Part shown: positions 19,279 through 27,306 of the stretch, one piece after another
How positions within the stretch are numbered: position 1 is the stretch's first letter
How the letters are laid out: each line of letters starts with the position of its first letter
IMG/VR virus record: IMGVR_UViG_3300030376_003949
Span: 1-57,099 of that record
Strand: one strand, 5' to 3'
Length of the DNA: 57,099 nt
Origin: a virus
Lineage: Duplodnaviria > Caudoviricetes
The notes under the pieces: model-generated
What the model saw: the letters and a program-made list of their open reading frames with translations, nothing else
Told to the model about the DNA's origin: nothing
Databases searched by the model: none
Translations under genes and position numbers: made by a program

Positions 19279-19281
19279 CCC

Positions 19282-19572
19282 CTAAAGATTTTCTTCTTGT
19301 TCAGCAAGGATAGTAAGGTCACTTGTAGGATAAGAAACACAAGTAAGAACGAATCCTTCTTCCATCTGATCTTCATCAAGGTAAGTTTGATCTTCTTGAT
19401 TAACCGTACCACTCACAACTTTGCCACAACATGTAGAGCAAGCACCAGCACGACAAGAGTATGGCATATCAACTCCTGCTTCTTCTGCTGCTTCTAAAAT
19501 ATACTCATCTGCTGGACAATCAAAAGTAGTTTCAGTATCGTCTGAGAGTTTTACTGTAATTTTATATGTCAT
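19282..19572 (-). CDS. petF: Plant-type 2Fe-2S ferredoxin
   Basis: [12 protein letters not shown]...LTC. Confidence 0.97.
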   Translation of the reverse strand: MTYKITVKLSDDTETTFDCPADEYILEAAEEAGVDMPYSCRAGACSTCCGKVVSGTVNQEDQTYLDEDQMEEGFVLTCVSYPTSDLTILAEQEENL

Positions 19573-19650
19573 TTGTAAAAAACTATAGAGGTCAAAAAAT
19601 ATGCTGAGATTTTTTTGCGGTTATCTGGTAACCAAAAGTCGATTTTGGTT

Positions 19651-19914
19651 TTACCCTTGCCATATTAGATCAGGCATTGCTTGTTGTCCTGGTCTGTTAG
19701 CAATCAATAATATAAAGTATCCAACGAACCATATGATATTGAACAACCATGCTTGTCTCCAGAAATACTTTCTCACTGCCATAGACCTGAGCACTTGAGG
19801 TGCTTTGTCTTGTGACCTAAAAATTTGCTCAATAATAAACGCAATAATTGTTGCTATCACTAGAGGATAGAAGACAAAGTTTGCAAAGGACATTACTGAT
19901 ATTAAAAATAACAT
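19651..19914 (-). CDS. Small membrane protein (host-like hypothetical)
   Basis: Two hydrophobic segments. Confidence 0.7.
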   Translation of the reverse strand: MLFLISVMSFANFVFYPLVIATIIAFIIEQIFRSQDKAPQVLRSMAVRKYFWRQAWLFNIIWFVGYFILLIANRPGQQAMPDLIWQG

Positions 19915-19919
19915 AGTAG

Positions 19920-19950
19920 AAAAAAAAAGGAGACCCCCTAAGGAGTCTCC
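19920..19950 (-). terminator. Terminator downstream of psbA
   Basis: GGAGAC..GTCTCC followed by a T tract. Confidence 0.75.
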
Positions 19951-19981
19951 ATTATACGGTTGATTTATTTATGTGTCAAAT

Positions 19982-21064
19982 TTAACCAACAGCAGGAGCA
20001 ATTAATGCAACCTCAGATGTCTCAGCAGCAGCAAGATCAAGAGGGAAGTTGTGAGCATTACGCTCATGCATTACTTCCATACCCAAGTTTGCTCTGTTAA
20101 GAACGTCTGCCCATGTAGGAACTACAGCACCACGAGAGTCTACGACTGACTGGTTGAAGTTGAATCCATTCAAGTTGAATGCCATCGTGCAGATACCCAT
20201 TGAGGTAAGCCAGATACAAACAACAGGGAATGTTGCAAGGAAGAAGTGAAGTGAACGACTGTTGTTGAATGATGCATACTGGAAGATAAGTCTACCAAAG
20301 TATCCATGAGCAGCAACGATGTTGTATGTCTCTTCTTCTTGTCCGAACTTGTAACCATAGTTCTGAGAATCCATCCCAGTTGTCTCTCTGATTAGAGAAG
20401 ATGTTACAAGTGAACCATGCATCGCAGAGAACAAAGCACCACCAAACATACCTGCTACCCCTGCCATATGGAATGGGTGCATAAGAATGTTATGTTCTGC
20501 TTGGAACACGAACATGAAGTTGAACGTACCACTAATACCTAAAGGCATTCCGTCTGAGAATGAACCCTGACCGAATGGATACACTAGGAACACAGCGAAT
20601 GCTGCTGAAACTGGAGCAGAATATGCAACACAGATCCATGGTCTCATACCTAGACGGTATGATAGTTCCCACTGTCTACCCATGTAGGCAGAAATTCCGA
20701 TAAGGAAGTGGAAGATAACCAACTGGTATGGACCTCCGTTATACAACCACTCATCTAGTGTGGCAGCTTCCCAAATGGGATAGAAGTGTAGACCAATTGC
20801 GTTTGATGATGGAACTACAGCACCAGAGATGATGTTGTTACCATACATGAATGAACCCGCTACGGGTTCTCTGATTCCGTCGATGTCCACAGGTGGAGCA
20901 GCGATGAAAGCAATAATGAAGCAAGTTGTTGCGGCAAGCAAACAAGGAATCATTAAGACTCCGAACCAACCAACATAAATGCGGTTGTTCGTACTTGTTA
21001 CCCACTCACAAAACTCACTCCATCCAGAAAGGAGACCTTGCTCCTTACGTGTAATAGAAGTCAT
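19982..21064 (-). CDS. psbA: Photosystem II D1 protein
   Basis: Full-length D1 ([34 protein letters not shown]); no intron. Confidence 0.99.
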   Translation of the reverse strand: MTSITRKEQGLLSGWSEFCEWVTSTNNRIYVGWFGVLMIPCLLAATTCFIIAFIAAPPVDIDGIREPVAGSFMYGNNIISGAVVPSSNAIGLHFYPIWEAATLDEWLYNGGPYQLVIFHFLIGISAYMGRQWELSYRLGMRPWICVAYSAPVSAAFAVFLVYPFGQGSFSDGMPLGISGTFNFMFVFQAEHNILMHPFHMAGVAGMFGGALFSAMHGSLVTSSLIRETTGMDSQNYGYKFGQEEETYNIVAAHGYFGRLIFQYASFNNSRSLHFFLATFPVVCIWLTSMGICTMAFNLNGFNFNQSVVDSRGAVVPTWADVLNRANLGMEVMHERNAHNFPLDLAAAETSEVALIAPAVG

Positions 21065-21160
21065 TGAATTAAGAAAACGTTTAGTGAACGGTATGAAAAG
21101 ACATTGTTACCCCATGGTCTTGGTTAGGGGGAAGATGAATGTCCTCAATTGAAGACACGT
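21065..21160 (-). promoter_or_regulatory. PhotoRC-II-like structured psbA leader
   Basis: CCCC..AAGAC..GGGG stem whose loop AAGAC can pair with downstream GTCTT (pseudoknot); promoter TTGACG-N17-TATAAT upstream. Confidence 0.65.
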
Positions 21161-21187
21161 ATATTATATATGAAGTTTTGTATCTCG

Positions 21188-21571
21188 TCAAGTCCAGCGT
21201 GTGACAGTTAGTTCAACGGCATTATTGTTGTTAACGATCTGACTTTCAACATCAAAACCTTCTGTCTTTGCAGTGGCAGTCAGCAATTGTATGCAGTATA
21301 ACTGAGTAATCTTTTCAAGAAATCTTTTTACTGGAATGGAGTGATTCCATGTTTGTATATCGGTTACTAATTCGTATGATAAGGTTTGCTTATTCCATAT
21401 GAAACCCATGTCCTCACCTACTGTGACTTCACACCTTACTCTCTCGTGATCGTGTCCTATAGGATTCACCAACTCTCGATTAATATCAACTGGCCAACCA
21501 TCAAACATCAATGCTTGAATCAATGCTGGTTTGTTTGTGATCTTGGTCTTGATTTTGCTGAAGTGAGACAT
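21188..21571 (-). CDS. DUF1257/Ycf35-family protein
   Basis: MSHFS.IKT.I....L..AL; GF.WN..Y.LV.D...W; Q.Y. Confidence 0.85.
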   Translation of the reverse strand: MSHFSKIKTKITNKPALIQALMFDGWPVDINRELVNPIGHDHERVRCEVTVGEDMGFIWNKQTLSYELVTDIQTWNHSIPVKRFLEKITQLYCIQLLTATAKTEGFDVESQIVNNNNAVELTVTRWT

Positions 21572-21725
21572 AGTATTCGGGTTTGTATTCTCGTGTTAAA
21601 ACTGTACCGAGTGCTTCTTCAAATGGTAGTGTAATATCTAAACACTGTTTTGACTCAGCACCTTGTACCTCTTCTGTAACTGTACCATCTTGAGCGATGA
21701 TGAATTTGATTGATTGCTTAGACAT
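21501..21725 (-). CDS. DUF2997-family protein
   Basis: IKF.I.QDG.V.EEV.G....C...T..FE.ALG.V; usual partner of DUF1257. Confidence 0.8.
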   Translation of the reverse strand: MSKQSIKFIIAQDGTVTEEVQGAESKQCLDITLPFEEALGTVLTREYKPEYYVSLQQNQDQDHKQTSIDSSIDV

Positions 21726-21736
21726 AAAGATATGTA

Positions 21737-22126
21737 TTAGTTTTGCCAGTGGTAGTGAAAGAAATTTCCTTTAGGATCACACATTGGATCTTCAGATGCA
21801 ACCCGATATGGAAGCATACTCTGACCTTTAAAGTCAGTTCTATCACCAATGATATTGTGTGCCTCCATCATCTTTTCCTTATCTTTAAGACGAAGGACTA
21901 CAGTTTTGTTAGCAGTGGTAGGCATCTTGTATTGAAAACCTTCATACTGACCAGGTGCATAGACAACATTTTCTACTGTGTTTGGATAGTATGGAGATGC
22001 TACTCGATTTAAAATTGATGTTGCAACACAATACTCATCCATAGTATTAGGTACTGCCTCCACCTGCACTGCTCGTGCTAGATGATCATAGTCTGTTGGA
22101 GTTAATGCTAATAGAATTTCAATCAT
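21737..22126 (-). CDS. SleB-like cell wall hydrolase (Hydrolase_2)
   Basis: LAR.V..EA...VA..ILNRV.S..YPNTV..VVY.PGQY. Confidence 0.85.
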   Translation of the reverse strand: MIEILLALTPTDYDHLARAVQVEAVPNTMDEYCVATSILNRVASPYYPNTVENVVYAPGQYEGFQYKMPTTANKTVVLRLKDKEKMMEAHNIIGDRTDFKGQSMLPYRVASEDPMCDPKGNFFHYHWQN

Positions 22127-22734
22127 GCGTCTGGATTCATCTTAAATGTATTCATTCCAACGGTTAGTGTGAACCAACCTGTCAATATATATTTCTCACC
22201 TTTCAAAGGAGAATTGCCTCTATGAATATGTGTGTATCCTCCTGGCCAAATAACTCCCATCCCTTTCTTGGGTTTAATTCTAAGACTTTGATGTAGGAAT
22301 TCAGTTTCTCCACCTTCTTCAACATCATTTAGATAAACCATCCAAGTAACCCATCTATCAGCGTCTTGGAAACCAGAATTTTCACAGTGCCAATTATGAA
22401 ACCCCTGAGTAGGACGTGTTTTCTGTATAAGAGCTGCACCTGATAACCAGTCACCTCTTTCAGTTAAGTATGGAAAGTCTTGGCAGTAATACTTAAAGGC
22501 ATTATTAATTACATCTTCACAAATTTCCTTTGATACGTTTGGAAAATACGGATCGATAGTCATTTGTGTATCTTGCAGATCCTGACCACGCTGTCTTCCT
22601 AGAGCTCTGTGCTCATCATTATCCTTATCCCATTCTTCCTGACTGTATACTGTTTGTTGATCCAGCATACCCATCAAATGATCACACCCATTATCAGAGA
22701 TAACATTATCATAGGTTCTAATAAAATTTTCCAT
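22123..22734 (-). CDS. 2OG-Fe(II) oxygenase
   Basis: [21 protein letters not shown]...KYI.TGW. Confidence 0.9.
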   Translation of the reverse strand: MENFIRTYDNVISDNGCDHLMGMLDQQTVYSQEEWDKDNDEHRALGRQRGQDLQDTQMTIDPYFPNVSKEICEDVINNAFKYYCQDFPYLTERGDWLSGAALIQKTRPTQGFHNWHCENSGFQDADRWVTWMVYLNDVEEGGETEFLHQSLRIKPKKGMGVIWPGGYTHIHRGNSPLKGEKYILTGWFTLTVGMNTFKMNPDA

Positions 22735-22754
22735 ACTGATCAGAGTAACCTCAC

Positions 22755-22792
22755 TATAATACCAATAAAAAAGGGAACCGTCAAGGTTCCCT
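22755..22792 (-). terminator. Terminator hairpin containing TTGACG, with a downstream -10-like element
   Basis: AGGGAACC-TTGAC-GGTTCCCT-T5-ATTGGTATTATAG. Confidence 0.7.
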
Positions 22793-22816
22793 GATCCATC
22801 TCGAACTCAATTGTAT

Positions 22817-22954
22817 TTAGTCCCTCTTCAATCGGATAATAATCTGATCGTTTTTATAATCTGCTTTAAATTCTAATGGTACATCTGGATCCCAACAGAG
22901 TTCCTCATATAAGGCATTGAGAGTTTCCATGTCTTGATAAAGATCTGTAGGCAT
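22817..22954 (-). CDS. Small hypothetical protein (45 aa)
   Basis: Hand translation MPTDLYQDMETLNALYEELCWDPDVPLEFKADY... Confidence 0.6.
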   Translation of the reverse strand: MPTDLYQDMETLNALYEELCWDPDVPLEFKADYKNDQIIIRLKRD

Positions 22955-23017
22955 GTTTTTTATTTAAAGAAATATTTAGAATGAATTGTATATTCAGTAT
23001 CGTATTGGTTGTAACAA

Positions 23018-23131
23018 TTATATCAATCCCAATGAACCAGCGGTGATACCAACACATACAAAAAATCCAAACTCTACGAGATCCCTAGAGCCTGGTGGTA
23101 AAGATGTTAATAGGGTTGCCAGTGGTATCAC
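23018..23131 (-). CDS. Membrane microprotein (37 aa, GTG start)
   Basis: MIPLATLLTSLPPGSRDLVEFGFFVCVGITAGSLGLI; GTGA overlap with the upstream micro-ORF. Confidence 0.55.
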   Translation of the reverse strand: MIPLATLLTSLPPGSRDLVEFGFFVCVGITAGSLGLI

Positions 23132-23202
23132 TGTAATACAAATGAAAATACGTTAGTGAATGCTGTTGCTGCTAAAACGCAACCGAAAACTATGAAAGGC
23201 AT
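23128..23202 (-). CDS. Hydrophobic microprotein (24 aa)
   Basis: MPFIVFGCVLAATAFTNVFSFVLQ; GGAG SD; coupled to neighbours. Confidence 0.45.
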   Translation of the reverse strand: MPFIVFGCVLAATAFTNVFSFVLQ

Positions 23203-23203
23203 G

Positions 23204-23398
23204 TTATGCTCCTGAAGGTAGTGTTTGCAATTGTGGTTGTGTTACTCTTATTCCTTTGCCTCCATCATCATCGTCATCATTATCATTGAAGGCACGTAAA
23301 ATTAATTCGATCAACACTAAAGCAGCCATGGGATAGAAAACCCAGAGGACTGCTACTAGTGGTGATATTGTATTAGAGTCGGCTATAAAGTCGCTCAT
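23204..23398 (-). CDS. Small membrane protein of the hli cluster
   Basis: TM followed by DDDDDGGKG; TATAAATA upstream. Confidence 0.7.
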   Translation of the reverse strand: MSDFIADSNTISPLVAVLWVFYPMAALVLIELILRAFNDNDDDDDGGKGIRVTQPQLQTLPSGA

Positions 23399-23449
23399 TG
23401 AATTGTGTTGTTATGTTAACTTATGAATAGGTATTTATACTATAGGGAT

Positions 23450-23587
23450 TTATACTAGACCAGGAATGAGTTGCCCTGTGAAACTGTAACTAGCAAAGGC
23501 TGCAACGCAACCAACGATAGCAGCAATACCATTCCACTTTTCAGCGATGGAGAAATCGACTTGTTGAGTAGTTTTGTCATTTTTCAT
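23450..23587 (-). CDS. hli: High-light-inducible protein
   Basis: AEKWNGIAAIVG...TGQLIPG. Confidence 0.88.
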   Translation of the reverse strand: MKNDKTTQQVDFSIAEKWNGIAAIVGCVAAFASYSFTGQLIPGLV

Positions 23588-23700
23588 TAGTAAATACCTG
23601 GAATAATTTGTCCTGTAACTGCATAGGAAAGACCAAAGATCCATATCCCTAGCATTGCTGCACGTCCTTGTGCTTTGAGGAAGATGTTAGTGTCTTTCAT
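23587..23700 (-). CDS. hli: High-light-inducible protein
   Basis: AQGRAAMLG...TGQIIPGIY. Confidence 0.85.
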   Translation of the reverse strand: MKDTNIFLKAQGRAAMLGIWIFGLSYAVTGQIIPGIY

Positions 23701-23807
23701 TAAAATATACCTGGTATAATTTGACCTGTTGTAGCGTATGCTCCGAAGGCAGCAACGAATCCAATCATTGCCATCCATCCATTAAACTTTTCTGCTTCTG
23801 GTGTCAT
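23700..23807 (-). CDS. hli: High-light-inducible protein
   Basis: Hand translation MTPEAEKFNGWMAMIGFVAAFGAYATTGQIIPGIF; AGGAG SD. Confidence 0.93.
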   Translation of the reverse strand: MTPEAEKFNGWMAMIGFVAAFGAYATTGQIIPGIF

Positions 23808-23895
23808 TGTTTTAAACTCCTTTCGTTTGATTTGTAATAGGGTTAGAAAGTAACCTCCACTGATTAGTTGAGGCGGTGTAAGAGACCTTGATATC

Positions 23896-24111
23896 TTAAA
23901 AGATACCTGGTATAACTGCTCCGAATAGGATGTAGTTATGTACTAGTGCGAAGAAACCAATCATAGCAAGGCGACCATTAAGTTGCTCTGCATGTGGACC
24001 GTAGCCCTGATAGTCTTCAACGTACTGCATAGGTGGTTCAGCAGCAAACATGTTCTGCTTACCATACTCAGTAGTTGTGTACTTCTTCATACTAGGTGTT
24101 GAAGTTGTCAT
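23896..24111 (-). CDS. hli: High-light-inducible protein
   Basis: TEYGKQNMFA.EP; AEQLNGRLAMIG; IPGIF. Confidence 0.93.
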   Translation of the reverse strand: MTTSTPSMKKYTTTEYGKQNMFAAEPPMQYVEDYQGYGPHAEQLNGRLAMIGFFALVHNYILFGAVIPGIF

Positions 24112-24114
24112 TCG

Positions 24115-24164
24115 TTTGTTAAGAAACGTAACATAATTATATAGTAAATCTAAAGGTCTGTCAA
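24115..24164 (-). promoter_or_regulatory. Sigma70 promoter of the hli cluster with an HLR1-like direct repeat
   Basis: TTGACA..TATAAT followed by GTTACGTT-tc-TTAACAAA. Confidence 0.55.
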
Positions 24165-24207
24165 GAGGTACGGTCTATAAAGATTCCTTATGACAATCAT
24201 AAGCAAT

Positions 24208-24234
24208 AAAAAAGGAGGGGTTTCCCCCCTCCTT
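24208..24234 (-). terminator. Intrinsic terminator
   Basis: AAGGAGGGG..CCCCTCCTTTTT. Confidence 0.75.
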
Positions 24235-24306
24235 AGATACACCTTGATCACTATGAACATCTGTCATACCGTGAAAACCATCTAGTTTATAGTCTATTGG
24301 CAAAGA

Positions 24307-24582
24307 CTAGTTGAATGTAACTATATCATCCTGAGTATTGAAACTCAAACTAATTGGTTCTGCTGCTTCAAATGTACTGGCATCAAATGTAACAGTATCT
24401 GTACACAAACTATCAGTATCGATATTAAAATGTATTGTGTCTTGATCAAGTTGTTTTGCAATTGCTTTGATGCCTTGATAGTGTCTCCAGATCTCACTCT
24501 GAGTACTTGCATCAACATTATTTTCCATAGCATCCTTAACACAATTTTCAAGTGCTTGGATTGCTGTTAGATAAGGGTTCAT
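24307..24582 (-). CDS. Hypothetical protein
   Basis: ORF track; coupled to the upstream gene. Confidence 0.7.
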   Translation of the reverse strand: MNPYLTAIQALENCVKDAMENNVDASTQSEIWRHYQGIKAIAKQLDQDTIHFNIDTDSLCTDTVTFDASTFEAAEPISLSFNTQDDIVTFN

Positions 24583-25187
24583 TTTACAATACGTAGATTA
24601 ATTTGACTAGTTTGGTGCCCGAACTGACCTTCAATAAAGTAATTAAATGCTAATGAAAATCTAACTTGATCAGATTTATTTACTTGAGTAGAGTGAGGTA
24701 AGTCTGAGGCAAATATAAGGAGTGAGTTCTTTTTCAACTCATGAAAGTATGTATCAGTATTAAACTGATTGTCCATACGATGTTCAAGTTTAATGGTCTT
24801 TGATCTCATAAAATTTGGATGATGGAAAAAGATACCTCCTCCATCTATAGGAGCATTCAAATAATAAACACCACTATAACAACAATTTGTATGATTATGC
24901 ACTGGAGCATGATCACCAGTATTATGATAATTTATCCATGATTGAACAAGGACTGGATTTCCTTGACCACATTGAAGTACTTCATAATGAAGATAATTTA
25001 CAGCATCATCGATTTGTTTTCTTAATTCTGCAAAAGGTTCTTCTTCAAGAATCAATTCATTGGAACTACTATACCCAGTGCCACATCCATACATTTTATA
25101 ATCTAGATTATGAAGATATTCTAGATCAATATCAAATGGAACGACATCATGATAAAGATAAGTTGGAAAAATAGATTCTACAAGCAT
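24579..25187 (-). CDS. 2OG-Fe(II) oxygenase (TIGR02466-like)
   Basis: IFPT; SWIN..H.H.N..SGVYY; F.S.L.H...N...R.SLAFN. Confidence 0.85.
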   Translation of the reverse strand: MLVESIFPTYLYHDVVPFDIDLEYLHNLDYKMYGCGTGYSSSNELILEEEPFAELRKQIDDAVNYLHYEVLQCGQGNPVLVQSWINYHNTGDHAPVHNHTNCCYSGVYYLNAPIDGGGIFFHHPNFMRSKTIKLEHRMDNQFNTDTYFHELKKNSLLIFASDLPHSTQVNKSDQVRFSLAFNYFIEGQFGHQTSQINLRIVK

Positions 25188-25324
25188 AATGAATTACTAA
25201 CCAAAGATGTAGTCTCTTCATTTTCAAGATCCGCATACTTATGTAACTGATCTATAAAAATATCCATGATTGCGTCTTGCACTTCTTCCTTTTCAAAGAA
25301 ATCAATGTTCATGCGATAAATCAT
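25178..25324 (-). CDS. Small acidic hypothetical protein (48 aa)
   Basis: Hand translation MIYRMNIDFFEKEEVQDAIMDIFIDQLHKY...; promoter TTGACG-N17-TATAAT upstream. Confidence 0.5.
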   Translation of the reverse strand: MIYRMNIDFFEKEEVQDAIMDIFIDQLHKYADLENEETTSLVSNSLCL

Positions 25325-25363
25325 ACGACTACCCTGAGATTATAGCAGACTCCATCTGGAGCG

Positions 25364-25858
25364 TCAACTATTTAGTGTGCCAGTCCTGAAATAATCCTTC
25401 CTCATGTACCTACCCAGTATATTACTATTGTAATACGCTGGTGACCCATCAGTCATTTCTTCTGTAAGTACATTATTTAAAAATAATTGTCGGGTCTCTT
25501 CAAAGTTTGTAAGACCCTTAGATTTATGAAGACTTAAGATTTCTCTCTTGAATAGGTCGTTCCCAAGTAACTTTCTATCTCTTTTAAGTTCTTCAGAGCT
25601 TCCATAGTATCTTTTCCAGTCACTCTCAGACGTAACCCTTCTCTTACCACCTCTAGGTTTACGAGACTGTGTGAAATACTTTCGTCCGATATATTTCTTG
25701 TTCGATTGCAAATTTGTAATGCAGTAGACGAAACCGAAGAAATCGTTAATGTCGTTAGAAGTAAAAGTTGTACCCTGATAGGTCCAGGGGTTCTCGTAAT
25801 CTCCCTCCAAAGTTTTTTCATTAGTCGCACTCTCCGTCTTCATCATTAATTTGGGCAT
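25364..25858 (-). CDS. GIY-YIG-family nuclease (true start may be TTG at 25810)
   Basis: GFVY.ITN...KKYIGRK; ESDW..Y.GSS; F.REIL. Confidence 0.85.
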   Translation of the reverse strand: MPKLMMKTESATNEKTLEGDYENPWTYQGTTFTSNDINDFFGFVYCITNLQSNKKYIGRKYFTQSRKPRGGKRRVTSESDWKRYYGSSEELKRDRKLLGNDLFKREILSLHKSKGLTNFEETRQLFLNNVLTEEMTDGSPAYYNSNILGRYMRKDYFRTGTLNS

Positions 25859-25982
25859 AGGATTTTATTCCATCACCCCTATCTATACGATAAGCAGTAG
25901 TGTCTGAATAAACCTCTGCTTTTATCTCTGCGATTGCTCGTTCTAAATCAGCAACTAATACTTTAAGATTTGCTTTCTGCAT
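25821..25982 (-). CDS. Small hypothetical protein (53 aa)
   Basis: Hand translation MQKANLKVLVADLERAIAEIKAEVYSD... Confidence 0.6.
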   Translation of the reverse strand: MQKANLKVLVADLERAIAEIKAEVYSDTTAYRIDRGDGIKSYAQINDEDGECD

Positions 25983-25985
25983 GTG

Positions 25986-26150
25986 TTACTCCCAGTATTC
26001 GTCTAGTCTTTCTAAAACATTTGTCAAGATTCTATTGGCTGCTCCTCTCTGTCTCGCATCCCATTCAGGATACCAGTGCTTTTCATAAAGACCTGTCTTC
26101 ATCTTATTAATGTAAGCAACCATATCAACCTTGTTTACACGACCGTTCAC
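25986..26150 (-). CDS. Small hypothetical protein (54 aa, GTG start)
   Basis: Hand translation MNGRVNKVDMVAYINKMKTGLYEKHWYPEW...LDEYWE. Confidence 0.6.
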   Translation of the reverse strand: MNGRVNKVDMVAYINKMKTGLYEKHWYPEWDARQRGAANRILTNVLERLDEYWE

Positions 26151-26804
26151 TTAACCACCCACCAATTTTTGCCAGTCTTGGTCGAACTTCTCTAACCCTT
26201 TCTCAGTAAGAACGTGCTTATAGAGTTGGTAAAAAATGGGAACCGAGATAGTACATATATCAGCTCCCACTCTAAAAGCGTCGGTGACCTGAATAGGTTC
26301 TCTGATAGAAGCTGCAAGAACTTCTGTTTTGATTTGGTGAGTAGCGAATACATCTGCGATCTCCTCAATAAGGTGTCTTCCATCCCAGTGTTGATCATAT
26401 ACACGTCCAACAAAAGGAGAAACATAAGTTGCTCCTGACTTTGCTGCTAGTATTGCTTGTGCTGCTGAGAATATTAGTGTTACGTTCACATGAACGTCGT
26501 TCTCTGTTAGTGCCCTACATGCTTTTAGTCCTTCAACTGTGCAAGGTACTTTGATTGTAATGTTTGGTCCGATCTCCAGATACTCTCCTGCCATAGCAAG
26601 CATTTCTTCAGCAGTGTCTCCAACTACTTCAGCAGATACTGAAGCATGAAAAGGAAAGATCTCAGAGATCTTTTTAATTACTTGCTTAGGATCATCTCCT
26701 GCTTTCAGCATCAGAGTAGGATTTGTAGTAACTCCGTCGATTAATCCTGTCTCAAATGCAGATGCAATAAGGTCTGGGTCAGAACAGTCCAGAAAGATTT
26801 TCAT
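26151..26804 (-). CDS. talC: Transaldolase
   Basis: MKIFLD, GVTTNP, IKVP, NVTL.FS, YVSPFVGR, LAASIR. Confidence 0.97.
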   Translation of the reverse strand: MKIFLDCSDPDLIASAFETGLIDGVTTNPTLMLKAGDDPKQVIKKISEIFPFHASVSAEVVGDTAEEMLAMAGEYLEIGPNITIKVPCTVEGLKACRALTENDVHVNVTLIFSAAQAILAAKSGATYVSPFVGRVYDQHWDGRHLIEEIADVFATHQIKTEVLAASIREPIQVTDAFRVGADICTISVPIFYQLYKHVLTEKGLEKFDQDWQKLVGG

Positions 26805-26841
26805 GACTCTCCTGTATAGGTTATAGTATATATTAGCACAT

Positions 26842-26866
26842 AAAAAAGAGGGGTCAAACCCCTCTT
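26842..26866 (-). terminator. Terminator after the DUF4278 gene, fused to a promoter-like TTGAC..TGC..TAAT for talC
   Basis: AAGAGGGG-TTTGA-CCCCTC-T6. Confidence 0.7.
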
Positions 26867-26891
26867 AGTATATCAACACATTAGAATGTGA

Positions 26892-27032
26892 TTAGCTTTT
26901 GGAAGCGAACTTACGTTGAACTTTGATCCCACGATACATTAGATCATGGTTTCTCTGTTGTGCTTCGTGCTGTACCATGTTACGGTACTCTTCAGAGTCG
27001 TACTTGACTCCACGATAAGTGACTTGTGTCAT
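26892..27032 (-). CDS. DUF4278-type small protein (46 aa)
   Basis: Hand translation MTQVTYRGVKYDSEEYRNMVQHEAQQRNHDLMYRGIKVQRKFASKS; two YRG motifs. Confidence 0.8.
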   Translation of the reverse strand: MTQVTYRGVKYDSEEYRNMVQHEAQQRNHDLMYRGIKVQRKFASKS

Positions 27033-27064
27033 TTGATTTACCTTAGGTAGGGTGGATTAGACCC

Positions 27065-27260
27065 CGTTCCTTCAGTCTTCTTTTGCGTCCCATGTACACT
27101 CTAGTCCTACTGCTTCCGTAAGATCTATTTTATAGATCTCCACTATCTCTTGTTTAGTTTGAGCGTTAACAGTATTGTTAACATTTACCCGATCTATCAT
27201 CTCTGATACATCAGCACAAGTCATTGCAGCAGCTAGTAAAAATTCCATGGGATGAACGAT
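27065..27260 (-). ncRNA. Glutamine-riboswitch-like aptamer 2 (split; ORF inserted in the P2 loop)
   Basis: ATCGTTCA-TCCCATG [151 nt] CATGGGA-CGCAAAAGAAGACTGAAG-GAACG. Confidence 0.7.
27072..27248 (-). CDS. 58-aa ORF embedded in aptamer 2
   Basis: MEFLLAAAMTCADVSEMIDRVNVNNTVNAQTKQEIVEIYKIDLTEAVGLECTWDAKED. Confidence 0.7.
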   Translation of the reverse strand: MEFLLAAAMTCADVSEMIDRVNVNNTVNAQTKQEIVEIYKIDLTEAVGLECTWDAKED

Positions 27261-27262
27261 TC

Positions 27263-27303
27263 CGTTCCGAGTCGGCTTACTTGCGTCCCTTTTGGGATGA
27301 ACG
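27263..27303 (-). ncRNA. Glutamine-riboswitch-like aptamer 1 (glnA/Downstream-peptide family)
   Basis: CGTTC-A-TCCC-AAAA-GGGA-CGCAAGTAAGCCGACTCG-GAACG. Confidence 0.75.
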
Positions 27304-27306
27304 TAT

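Noticed and set aside
25364-25858. Mobile homing endonuclease
   Set aside because: It is a short catalytic domain only, sits within an operon, and shows no insertion signature.
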